Shown: positions 36,990 through 48,829, counted from the first letter of the stretch. The stretch: 64,000 nucleotides of DNA from Hemiscyllium ocellatum (GCF_020745735.1 NC_083409.1:14665873-14729872); one strand, 5' to 3'. Numbers and translations: made by a program. The notes: generated by a model not told the origin, from the letters alone.

Positions 36990-38085
36990 TTAAAGCCAAA
37001 ACCTTGCAGATGCTGGAATCCAAAGTCGACAAACAGGAGGCTGGAAGAGCACAACAAGCCAAGCAGCATCAGGAGGTGGAGAAGTCACCTGATGGGCGAT
37101 TAATCCAGAAGCCTTTTTCCCATCAGGCCCAGAAATGGGAGAAAAATAAAAATGGGAGTGTGTGTGGAAGGCAGGTAGACAGGGGAGAGAATGGACAGGA
37201 GGGACCTGCCGGAGAACTACTCTTCAGATTAAGAAAGAAATTGCTGAGGCTGGAAGCGATGATCAGAAGTTGAAACGATTCTCTTGGAATAAGGTGGGCC
37301 ATGTGCGTATGGAATGTTGGAAACTGTGAGGTAAGACCCAGGAGATTTATGGGAGTTAGTAAAAATGAGTCAGAAGAGGGAATGCAAACAGATAATCCCA
37401 CGGAGCAGGTTGTAGCTGTAACTATAACAAAAAGGCTGGAGGTGAATTCTGTCATCAGTAAAGGAAGTTGTAAAATAGATGAGAGGTGGACAGGATTTTT
37501 ATCAAAAGGAATGGTGACTCCTTTTTCTTCAGCTAAACCCAGAATCAAACTGAGAGATACAGGGGCAATACAATCACTTTTACTGGAGAAAGAATCGATT
37601 TTCCCTCCAGAGAGCTCAATGGATTCTAAGGTGTTCATCAAAATGTACAACTGGAATGTGATTTGTTATCAGGAGAAGTAATTGTCGGAGTGGGGAAATA
37701 TTCCCTGTTGAGGGAGTTGATTTTCTTCTGGGGAATATTTTGTCAGGATTAAAGGCAGTATCTTCCCCGATAATTACAGAATGTCCAAAGGAGGGCCAAG
37801 AAACAGAACAATGACAGGAACAGGTTCCTGGTCTCTCTCCTTCACGTGAGGTAACCAGAGCAATGGTTAAACAAAATCCATCAATAAGGGTTGATGTGAC
37901 ATCACAGCAAGTGAAAGGATCGCTGAAACTTTCCAAAAGGGTGAAGATAATCCAGGTGGAGTGGTTGGTATGATGTCCCTAATTACAACAGATCCAAAAA
38001 GCAGATCCCGAATGAAATAAATGAGCACTGTCAGTTCAGACTGAGGTCGAGGCTGGAGGGGTTTCAGAATGCTATTATCTTCAGA
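36990..38085 (-). mobile_element. Decayed Penelope-like element body and terminus
   Basis: Reverse complement of the same terminal repeat family at ~36995-37075, plus weak GIY-YIG C-terminal-like sequence. Heavily degraded. Confidence 0.45.
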
Positions 38086-38089
38086 ATGG

Positions 38090-39670
38090 AGCACTGATGA
38101 GGAAGTGGAGACCGCCCCTCCACCACCGTCCCTCCATGGACCCCCAGATGAAGAATGGTTGGTTAGATATTGGCTCGTGGTACCATCCAGCTATCACAGG
38201 GAGATATCGTGAGGAGCACATCAGATTTCCATGACAGGACCGTGGGGATTTGGAAATTGTCCAATTGTCCACAGGCATCCAGAATCAGGTGTTTTATTGA
38301 GCCAAAATTATATAAAGATGTGGCACAGTTTTATAAATGTAACATACTTGAACTCATTTTTACCAATCTGCCAGCTGCAGATGCTTCTGTCCACGAAAGT
38401 ACCAGTAAGGGTGACCACCGCACAGTCCTTGTGAAGACCAACACCCGCCTTCATTGAGAATAGCCTCCATCGTGTTGTGTGGCACTTTCACGAGACTAAC
38501 TGGGACAGACTTACAACCAATCTCACAACTCATGACTGGGCATCCATGAAGGACTGTGGGCCATCAACAGCAGCAGAATTGTGCTCCAGCCCCGACACGA
38601 CCATTATCATCAAACCAGGGAATCAACACTAGTTCAATGGAGAATTCAGGAGGTCGTACCAGGAGCAGCACCAGTCATTCATCAAGATGAGGTATTCCTG
38701 CATTCCTGATGAAGGGTTTTTGCCCGAAAGGTCAATTTTACTGCTCCTCGGATGCTGCCTGAACTGCTGTGCTTTTCCAGCACCACTCTAATCTAGACTC
38801 TGGTTTCCAGCATCTGCAGTCATTGTTTTTACCAAGATGAGGTATTTACCTGGTGAAACCACCAAACATGACTACTCGCATAGCAAGCAGCACAAGCAGC
38901 AATTGACAGACAGTATTAGACAACACACAACCAATGGATCAGGTCTAAGCTCTGCAGCCCTGTCACATCCAGTCATGAGTACTGGTAGACGATTAAACAT
39001 CTCACTGGATGAGCGGGCTCCACACAAATATCCCCACCCTCAATGATGGAAGAGTCCAACACATCAGGGCAAAAGATAAGGCTGAAGCTTTTGCAGAAAT
39101 CCTCAGCTAGAAGTCCTGAGTGGATGATCCATCTTGGCCTCCTCCAGTGGTCCTCAGCATTAAAGATAACCATCTTCAGTCAATTTGATTCACTCCACGT
39201 GTTATCAAGAAATGGGTGGAGGCACTGGGTACTGCAAAGGCTATGGACCCTGACAACATTCTGGTAATAATACTGAAGACTTGTGCTCCAGAACTTGTCA
39301 CTTCCCTAGCCAAGCTGTTCCAGGAAAGCTATAACACTAGCATCTGCCCGACAATGTGGATAATTGCCCAACAATGTCCTATACATAAAAAGCAGGACAA
39401 ATCCAAGCTAGCCAGTTACCGCCCCATCAGCCTCCTCTCGGTCATTAGCGAAGTGAGGGAATGTGTCATCAACAGCACCTGCTCAGCAATAACCTGCTCA
39501 GTGATGCCCAGTTTGGGTTCCACCAGGGTCACTCAGCTCCTGGCTTCATTACAGATTGGTTCAAACGTGGACAAAAGAGTTGAATTAGGGATGAGCAATA
39601 AATGCTGGCCTTGGGCAACTGGGGATAAGCAACTAATCCTGGCCAGCCAGTGATGCTCACATTACACAAA
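38090..39670 (+). mobile_element. L2/CR1-clade LINE ORF2 fragment
   Basis: ELIFTNLP...KGDHRTVLV (endonuclease) and KAMDPDNI...KTCAPEL...SYRPISLLS (RT N-terminus). Confidence 0.85.
38697..38832 (+). mobile_element. 136-bp Penelope-like terminal insertion with 14-bp target-site duplication and degenerate hammerhead
   Basis: CAAGATGAGGTATT at 38683-38696 and 38833-38846. CTGATGA-A-GGGT/TTTT/GCCC-GAAAGGTC at 38706-38733. Confidence 0.8.
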
Positions 39671-39989
39671 ATGAATAATTTTTTAAAAACACTTGTCAAG
39701 TTATAGGTAAACCTCAACATGTGATTGAACCAGCATCCTTAATTCCTCTCTCAGTTTTTGAGGAACCATTCAGTCGTGCACAGGTGTGTCAAGTAGTGAG
39801 TATAATGGAGGAGGGGATGAGAAAAAGCATGAGATCCAAAGGCAATTGGACAATTTCCAAAGTGAACTTCCTCCTATGAGGTGAACAAATTCAGAGATAT
39901 TATAGAATTCAGACACTGTATTTTTGCATCTGGAGGAAGATCAACAGAGGGACAGAGTGAGATTGCTCAGAGAATACAAAGAAGTTTGT

Positions 39990-40420
39990 CTGAGGAGTGG
40001 TTGGAGCCAGTATTCAGTCTGTACTTGATGGAGTTTGGAAGGATGAGGGACAATCTCAGTGAAACATACTGTATACTGAGAGGCCTGGATAGAGTAGACA
40101 TGGAGAAGATGTTTCCACTTGGCAGAGAGACTGAGGGCACAGCTTCAGAGTGAAGGGACCATCCTTTGGAACTGAGATGAGGAGGAGATTTTTCATCCAG
40201 AGAGTGGTTAATCTGTGGATTAATCATTGCTGCAGAATGCTGTGGAGGCCAAGTCATTGAGTGTATTTAAGACAGAGATAGATGGATTCTTGATTGGTAA
40301 AGGGATCAAGGGTAATGGAGAAAAGGCAGGAGATTGGGGTTGACAAACAAATCAATTATGATCGAATGGCAGGGCAGACGTGATGGGCTGAATGGCCTAA
40401 CTCTACACTGATACATGGTC
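39990..40420 (+). mobile_element. CR1 3' tail fragment
   Basis: LRGLDRVDMEKMFPL motif and tail. Confidence 0.8.
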
Positions 40421-40429
40421 TTTAGAAGA

Positions 40430-41350
40430 TACACTTAGGTGTCCCAGATTAATCGAACATGATGTGGATGTAGGTTATTCAGACCCAGTAAAACAAAATC
40501 CATTTTGATTAAAACCAGAGAAATAAGTCAAAGTAACAAATGAAGCTCAATTCATGTTGGAGAATCAATTGATTGAATTGTCAGCGTAATTGGAGTTCTC
40601 TTGTGTAGGATTGAGCAAAAGTCACTATCATCTAAAACCCTGGATTTTTTGTAAAAAATGGCTGCCTGGAACTATTGTTCTGCCTGGAATTCCAGTTCAC
40701 ACTTCAACTCTGAAAGGGACACCAACCAGAACACAATCTCTTGACTAAAACTAACTTTTACAACCTCGGCCTACTAACACACACTACCAACAAGCAGCTT
40801 TAGAACCAACAACTACAGAGGCTGAACAGAGAAGCTGAATCCAGACACCAAACCAAGAGCATCATCGTAACAAAGGACACCCGAGAGCGGGAACACCAAC
40901 CAAACGCTATCTGAACAAGAGCTTCCAGACACAGGCCTGTTCTGAATAAACACAGAGATTCTTTTGCCCTGAAACACCTGTCTATTGCCTTCTTAATTTC
41001 ACAGTTTTAAATCAGCCCATTTGTGGAACCAGGGATCTGGGGATGATTCAAACCACCTAAAAATCAGCAAATTACTGATCACAAACAAGAGAGGGTCCCC
41101 TGATTGAACTGTTAAGAGTAGTTGGAGTTCTCTTGTTTGGTGACTCAGCCAGATGTTTCAATTCGATTCTGTGTACACTATAGGAAAGTGAATGTAGTCA
41201 CAAAGATGGATTTGTAACCTATTCCCAGGTCAGAAGATTGCATTGAAATGGTGGGTAGTGTGTCATTCCTATTGAAAATTGATTTGATGAAAGTATATTG
41301 ACAAGTATCGCTGACAAAAGCTGACAAGGAAATTTCTGCCTTTGCTGCAT
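40430..41350 (+). mobile_element. Ty3/Gypsy reverse transcriptase remnant interrupted by ~500-bp insertion
   Basis: EHDVDVG..PVKQNPF...MLENQLIE (40455-40600) and VHYRKVNVVTKMDL*PIPRSEDCIEMVG...KIDLMKVY*QV...KEISAF (41172-41345). A ~35-bp direct repeat at 40570-40604 and 41101-41136 flanks the insertion. Confidence 0.8.
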
Positions 41351-41429
41351 TCTGGATCTTTGTACACAAAGGAAAACTCAAATCCATTTGAAACATGTTG
41401 GGACGTCAGGGTATAGACTGAGGGCAGAA

Positions 41430-43870
41430 CTGAAGAAAATTAGTTTTATTCGGGAAATGGTTTTGGAAAATTTATGGGATTAAAGTTTGATAAATCCGCA
41501 GGGACCAATAACCTACATTTCAGATTACTTCAGGAATTGCCCAAAAATTTTGGGAACATTGGTGTTCAAGATTCTATTGATTCTGGAACTTTCCCAGTGA
41601 CTGGAGAGTTGCGAATGTAACATCACTGTTTAAAATGGGAGGGAGAGAGAAAAGTGGGCAACCTGGACCAGTCAGCCTGGCATTGGTATTGGGAAAAATA
41701 GTCAAGTTCGTTGTGAAAGATTTAATCACTGGGCACGTGGAAGACAGTGATAGGATTAGACAGAGTCAGCATGGTTTGTGGAAAGGGAAATCATGCAGAA
41801 CAAATTGACTGGAATTGTTCGAGGATGGAATGAGCAGATTTGACAAGGGGGAGCCAACGGATGTGGTTTATCTGGAACCTTCAGAAGGCTTTTAAACAGT
41901 CCCACAGTAGAAATTAGCGAGTAAAAGTAAGACTCAATGGACTGGGGCAGTGTACTGACATGGATAGAGAAGTGGTTGGCAGGCTGGAAACAAAGAGTAA
42001 AAAAAAACAGACCTTTTCAGAAAAAGGTCTGTTTTTTTTACTCTTTGTTTCCAGCCTGCCAACCACTTCTCTATTCATGTCAGTAATGTTCATATTTGTT
42101 CATGGTTTAGATGAGGGAACTTAAGAGTAATATCTCCAATTTGCAGATGACACAAAGCTGGGTGGGAGGGGGAGCAGTGAAGAAGATGCAGAGATGCCTG
42201 TGTCCGTGTATACCAGTCACTGAAAGTCAGCGTGTAGGTGCAGCAGGCAGTGCAGAAGGTAAATGATATGTTACCTTTATAGTGAGAGAATTTGCGTACA
42301 GGAACAGGGATGTCTTGCTGTAATTGTATGGGGCCTTAGTGAGTCCACTCCTGAATATTCAAACCAAAACTGGTTCAGTGACAGGAGACAGAGGGTGGAG
42401 GCAGAAATTTGTTTATGTGACTGGGCCCAGTGTGCAGTGGGATACCACAGGGATCAGTGCTGGGTCCCTTATTGTTCAGGATGTATTGAAACAATGAAGA
42501 TGAGAATGTGAGAGGTGAGGGGTGGGGGTGAGTGGATGATGACTGAGTTTTTGGATGACACGAGGTTTGGCAGATGGTTGACAATGAGGAAGAAGGTCTT
42601 GGGTGACACGAGGATCTAACTGGATTGGTCAGATGGGCAGATCAGAGTCAGATGGAACTTACCCCTGATAAATGTGAGGTGATGAACTTTGGACAATGTA
42701 ACAGGTGAATAAAGTATTGATGAAATCATATGGGACACTTGCCTTTATCATTTCAGGTATAGATGAGAAGACCAGGGAAGATATGTTGGAGCTATTCAGA
42801 ATTTTTGTTAGGCCACAGCTGGAGTACTGTGTGCAGTTCTGGTCACCACGCAATCGGAAGGATGGGATTGTATTGGAGGGGGTGCAGAGAATAGTCACCA
42901 GGATGTTGCTTGGGATGAAGCATTTCAGCGATGAAGAGAGGCTGGATAAACTCGGGTTGTTTTCTTTGAAGCAGAGAAGGTTGAGAGGACCTGATAGAGG
43001 TGTAAACGGCTATGAGGGGAATGGACACAATGAATAGAAAGCAGTTGTTCCTCTTCTTCGGAGTTGGCACACATTCACTGTGAAAGACAGGAGCTTCATA
43101 GGGGATTTGAAGAGGAGATTTTCACCCAGAGGGTGGTGGGGGTCTGGTTTGCATTGTCTGGGCTGGTAGTTGAGGAGGACTTTTAAAAGTACTTGGATTA
43201 ACCCTTGAAATATCATAACATTTAAAGCTATGGGCCTTGTGTTGGAAATTTGGATGAATGCAGGTTTACTGTAGTTTGGATGGTACAGGTACAATGGGTC
43301 GAAGGGCCTCTTCTGTACTGTGCGATTTTACGATTGTATTGTGTGCAGTTTTGGTCTACTTATCTGAGGAAAGATGTTCTGGCTGTGGAGGGAGGGCAGC
43401 GAAGGTTTACCAGGCTGACTCCTGGGATGACAGCAATTAGACTTAGATCTGATGAGAAACTGGACCAGTTAGGATTATATTCACTGGAGGTTAGAAGATT
43501 ATGGGGAGTCACACTGAAAACTCTAGAATCCTAACAGGACAAGACAGGATGTTCCTGATGACGAAGGAGTCCAGAATCAAGGATTAAAGTTTAAGGATAC
43601 GGGAAAGGACATTTAGAGCTGAGATGGAGAGAAATATTTTCATTCTACAGGAAGCCTGTAGACGTTTCTGTCACTGAAAGCAGTTCAGCTCAAACCACTG
43701 AATGTTTTCCAGAAAGGGCACAATACAGTTCTTAGAATGAAAGGGATCAAAGGTTATGGGGATGAAGCAGGAACAGGCAGCTGAGTTGGATGATCAGCCA
43801 TGATCATATTGAATGGCAGAACAGGCTCGAAGGGCTGAATGGCCTATTCCTGCTCCGAGTTTCACTGTTT
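41430..43870 (+). mobile_element. Nested CR1 fragments
   Basis: Multiple RT C-terminal motifs (VRPQLEYCVQFWSP) and tails. Confidence 0.8.
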
Positions 43871-44474
43871 GAGAGATTGTTCATCAACGTGGAACCATAT
43901 TGAATAAGAGAAAAAACATTTGCCTTGGGTTAGGAATTAGTTTGGAGATAGGAGACAGAGTGAGGGAATAATGTGTGTGTCCTCAAATGAGCAAGAGGTG
44001 AATAGTGGTGTGCCCAGGGATCCGTCCTGGGACTTTAGCATTTCATAATATTTCTGAATGACTTGGATGAAGGAATAGAGAGCCATATATCCAAGATTGC
44101 TGACCACACTGAGTGAGGCAGCTAGGAGGAGGTTACAGAGATGGGGAGGGTCGATGGACAGGGAGGGACTTCAGAACAAGGACGAGAATTTGAAAATCGA
44201 GGTGTTATTGGACCGGAGCCAATGTCGCTCAGTGAGGACAGTGGGGGATGGGGATGGGATTTGTTGCGAGTTCGGATTCGGGCAGCAGAGTTTTGGTGTG
44301 AGCTGAAGTTTACAGAGGGCAGTGGCTGTGATGTGGCCCAAGACAACATTAGAATGGTCATGTTTGGAGTCCCAAAGCAACGAGTGGGACTTTCAGTGAG
44401 TGATCTCTGTGCTGTGGAGGATTTGGGGCTCAGATCAGCCTCAAAGATGAGGCCAAGATTTTAAGGAATCTGGT

Positions 44475-44700
44475 ATGAAATAAAAGCCGAAAAAGCTGCA
44501 GATGCTGCAAATGAGGAACAAAAACAGAAATTGCTGGAAAAGCTCGGCAGGTCTGGCACCATCTGTGGAGAGAAAGCAGAGTTAAAATTTTGGGACGTGA
44601 ACCTTCTCAGAACTGTTCTGAGGAAGGGTCACTCGACCTGAAAGGTTAACTCTGATTTCTTTCCCCAGATGCTGCCAGACCTGCTGAGGTATTCTGTTTT
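44475..44700. mobile_element. Penelope-like inverted terminal pair with hammerhead motif at 44615-44650
   Basis: Palindromic centre cttctcagaac-tg-ttctgaggaag. Plus strand reads GTT-CTGAGGA-A-GGGTC/ACTC/GACCT-GAAAGGTT-AAC, with a degenerate mirror copy on the minus strand. Confidence 0.65.
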
Positions 44701-44955
44701 TGTAAAGAGTCTGGTTGAGCAGCAGACAGTGCTCAGGGAGAGGGATGGAGGTTGTACCGGGACCTGAAGGGGATGGCTTTGATCTTCCCAATGTGTTTCC
44801 CAGTGAGCCTGGCTACTCAGTCCTGACTGCTCTTAGCTGCTGTGATTGTCACTGATTGGACACTTATTATTAGAGATTCTGACCACAGCAGAAAGCCCCA
44901 GTGTAAAAAATAACTGCAAAGGCTGTCAGATCGCAAGGTTGAAACTTCACCAAGT

Positions 44956-44967
44956 GAGGAAGTGAAA
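44956..44967 (+). promoter_or_regulatory. ETS-IRF composite element (candidate Ig enhancer site)
   Basis: GAGGAAGTGAAA, with CAGCTG E-box at 44982-44987. Lies ~4.5 kb upstream of the V leader. Confidence 0.5.
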
Positions 44968-46569
44968 GAAGGAGCTCGGAGCAGCTGCACATTTGTTACT
45001 GAGATGGGAGAAAACTGTGAACTGTCTGCACTCCCTGGAATCTGACAGCACATAAGAACATTAAAACCAGGAGCAGGAGCAGGCTCTCTGGCCTCTTGGG
45101 CTGCTCTGCCATTCAGTAAGATCATGGCTGATCTTTTCATGGCATCAGCTCCCCCTTATCCACCTTTTCACCAAAACCCTTGATTCATTTACTGTTCAAA
45201 AAATTACCTAAATCAGCTTTAAAAACATTTACTGAGGAAACCTCAACGACTTCGCTGGGCAGGGAATTCCATAGATTCACCACCCTCTGGGTGAAGAAGT
45301 TCCTTCTCTATTTAGTCCTAAACCTGCACCCCCCCCCCCCCGCACCTGTGGTGTCTGTGAGTGATCCAATTATTCCCACTGCCCCCTCTCTCCCCATAAC
45401 CCAGCAAATCTTTCCTTTCAGCTCGATCTCCAGCTGCCTCTTGTTGACTTGGGTCCACAGCAGAGACTGTCCCTAACCTGGGCTCCAAGCTGGCATCTCA
45501 TTCATTCATTGGGAGGCAAACTGCCTGGGCTGGGAAATGGAGCTCAGGACCCTGAACATTCCCTCTCCCCTCCTGAGGGACATTTGATGCTGAGGTTTAA
45601 TTCTATGGAACTTTACAATATATGCCTACAATACACACTTCTCCATTCTGTGTGTAAAAGGCTGGAGCCTGCCAGCAGGATATTCAACTGCAGGAGCCGT
45701 CATCAATTTGACCAATTCTGACCACACCCACTCTCCGTAAACTTTCAACTAATTACTAAAATCAAATCTGTCAATCTCCTCCTTGGTATGAGACAGGGAA
45801 GGGGCCATTTCATTCCAGACAATTTGGAATTTATGGAGCACAGATGGAGTAAGCTGAGAGAGGACATCAGAATGTTGGAGTTTGGAGGTGGGATGAGCAG
45901 GAATAAGAGTTTCTGTGGTCAAGGGGCTGATGTAGTGCAGAGACAAACAATGTAGTGGAGATTGAAATAAGAGACCTAGGTGATGGAGAGGAAGTGGGGT
46001 TTGAAGCTCCAATACTGGAGGGTCCAGTGGGAAAGAAGCTCAGGCTTATTGCTGTCCATTGGACATTCCAGTGGGATGGAGGCCCATGTTTCCTGATCTC
46101 TGTTGGAGGTTCCAATTGAGTCCCATGGAATTGGAATGTTGGCATTTCTTGCAGCAATTGGAATCTTGGTATTTATTATAAAAGGACTGAATTACAGAAA
46201 TAAAGAAATATTGTGACAATTCTATTAGGCATTGGTGAGACCACATCTGAAGCATTGTGTCCAGTTGTGGTCTCCTTACTTGGTGAAGGATATGGTGGCA
46301 CTGGATTCAGTTCAGAGGATGTTCACCAGACTGATTCCCCGGATGAAAGGGCTGCCATATGAGGAATGGTTGAATAGCTAGGGCTTGTACTCACTGGAAT
46401 TCAGTTGTATGAAGGGGAGATCTGAGTGAAGTATATAAGATGCTAAAGGAGATTGATAGGGCAAGCATTGAACAGATGTACTCTCTTGTGGGCCAGTCTC
46501 GAACAAGAGGTCATAGACATAGAGTGAGAGGAGGTATGTTTAAAACTGAGATGAGGAGAAACTACAGGT

Positions 46570-46912
46570 GACAGAGTGGTGCAGTGGTGAGCACTGCTGC
46601 CTCACAGTGCCAGGGCCCCAGGTTCGACTCCACCCTCAGGCAACTGCATGGAGTTTGCACATTCTCCCCCTGTCTGTGTGAGCTTCATCTGTGTGCTCTG
46701 ATTTCCTCCCACAGTCTAATGATGTACACGTTCAGAGGATTGGCCATGCTAATTTACCCATAGTGTCCAGGAAAGTGTAGGTTAGATTCATTAGTCATGG
46801 GAAATATAGGGTTACAGGGAAAAGGTTCCAGAATGGCTCTGGGTGGAATGCTCTTTGAAGGGTTGGTGTGGACTTATTGGGCTGAATGGCCTGGTTTCAT
46901 ACTGTATGGAAT
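46570..46912 (+). mobile_element. HE1-type tRNA-derived SINE
   Basis: A-box tggtgcagtgg, B-box ggttcgactcc, V-SINE-like core and CR1-like tail. Confidence 0.8.
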
Positions 46913-47228
46913 CTGTTCCATTCCAACTACTTCTCGCAGAAGGTTGCGAATCTGTGGATGTCAGTGCGCACCATCATCTCCACCCCCCCTCCCCACTCCC
47001 CCCCCCTCCCCACCCCCTTCCTCAAGCACAGTGGAGGCAGAATCAATCAACAGATTCAAGAAAGAAACAGATATCTTTCTGATGAAAAGCAGGATAGAGG
47101 GCAATAGGTAGCCGTCTGGAAAGTGGAGAGGAGGTTAAGTTCAGCCATGATCATGTTAAATAGGAAACGGGTTTGATTACCTATTCCTGCTCCTCATTCC
47201 GAAGTTCAATCTTGCAATGAGATCCTTG

Positions 47229-47580
47229 TTTACTGGTCTGTATTGGAGGATCCATTCACAAAGAGTCACATCTTTACTGGTCTGTATTGGAGGAGCCAGT
47301 TTGAAGCTCGTCTATATTTACTGGTCTGCACTGGAGAGTTCAAAGAAATGGAGGCCTTTCTCTCCTGGTTTCTATTGGAGGGCCCAGTAGGAATAAGGTC
47401 CATGTTAACTAGGCTCTGCTCGAGTATTCAGTGGGAAATAGATCCATATTTACTGGTCTCCATTGGAGGCTCCAGCGGCAAAGATGCCTATGTTTAATGG
47501 TCTCTACTGGAGAGTTCTGTGGGAATGAATTCCATGCTTACTGGTCTCCACTGGACAGTCCAGTGGGACATGGATACTGT
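47229..47580. repeat. 44-bp minisatellite, 8 diverged units
   Basis: The tttactggtct motif or variants start at 47229, 47273, 47317, 47361, 47405, 47449, 47493 and 47537. Confidence 0.9.
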
Positions 47581-48039
47581 AGTGAGTGTGGGGCTCATTT
47601 CCTTTCTGTAGTAACTGTGTGATGGTCCAATCCTCATACCAATAAAACTGGAGCTTGACCATGGAAGGGAAAGGTGAGGGGAAAGGATTGGAACATGTTG
47701 TGAATGGATAGGATGGGTCAATGGGTCAGATCCTGTCCTATCCCTCCAGGTCATACTGATGGCCTGAGGATCTCCTCCCTCTGCTGGGCTTTCATGGAAT
47801 GAGGTTTGTGTCCAAACCAGTCCCCAGGAAGAATGGGCCAACAGCACAGAATTGCCCTTCATTTGACAAGAATCTGACCGTCTTCCTGAGAGAGGCCAAA
47901 CCCTGGTCAATGTGGGAAATGGGCCTTTATTCCAGGAGTAGACATACTCCTGGTGTCAAGGGTTAACATCCATTAGATTTGGAGGAGATATAACCTGTAT
48001 TTAACTTTTACCACTTGGGACCTTGTTGGAAAGGCAGAG

Positions 48040-48046
48040 AGTGTGC

Positions 48047-48082
<36 letters not shown>

Positions 48083-48345
48083 ATGTTGACGAGAGAGACA
48101 TAGAAGGGCAGGGTGTGAAAGTGAGAGAGAGCAGGATAAAGAATCTCAGGCAGTGTAAGATGAGTAAAAGCGGGGGAGAGAGAGAGGTAGAGAGAGGTAG
48201 AGATGGTGGAGTTGAAGAATAGAGATAGAGCGAGATAGAGTATGAGACAGTGTGACTGAGAGAGAGGGGACAGAGAGAGAGACAGACAGACAGAGTAGGT
48301 GTGAGACAAAGAGTAGAGGCAATCCAGTGAAAGAGAGAGACAGAC
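48040..48345. repeat. (GT)n(GA)n microsatellite and GA-rich low-complexity tract
   Basis: Direct reading. Confidence 0.9.
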
Positions 48346-48649
48346 GTGCAGAGATGTTCTGGTCACCATATTATGAGAAAGATATGACTGTACTCGAGAT
48401 GGTGCAAAGATTTCCCAGGATGCTGCCTGGCCTGGAGGGTGTGAGCTATGAGGAAGGATTGGAAAGTTTGGGATTGTTTCTCTTGGAGCAGTGAAGGTTG
48501 AGAGGGAACCTGCTGAAGGGCAAAAAGATTATGAGAGGCAGGGATAGAGTGGACAGGAAGGCAACTTTTTCCATGAATAGAGGGATCAATATCCAGGGAC
48601 AGAGATTGGAGATTACACAGACATACAAAGATAGAAATAGAGAGCAGGA

Positions 48650-48691
48650 GTAGGGTTAGGTTTAGGGTTAGGGTTAGGGTAAGGGTTAGGG
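48650..48691 (+). repeat. Interstitial telomeric repeat (TTAGGG)~6-7
   Basis: gtagggttaggtttagggttagggttagggtaagggttaggg inside a CR1 tail. Confidence 0.85.
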
Positions 48692-48829
48692 ATTGGCCCT
48701 GTGAGTCTGTTCTGCCATTCAATATGACCATGGCTGATCCTCTCCCTCAATGCCAAGCTGGGATTGATGTTGCTAGATCATTGATGATCAGTAGAGACTT
48801 GTTAAATGCTGTTCATGTCATTGAACTTT

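Larger units (their letters stand above)
42720..45052 (-). repeat. Inverted segmental duplication, copy 2
   Basis: Reverse complement of ~23475-26640, including the same TE-TE junctions. Carries an extra Penelope-like insert at ~44475-44700. Confidence 0.85.

Noticed and set aside
47229-47580. CRISPR-like repeat-spacer array
   Set aside because: Vertebrate DNA, whole units are mutually similar rather than having unique spacers, and there are no cas genes.
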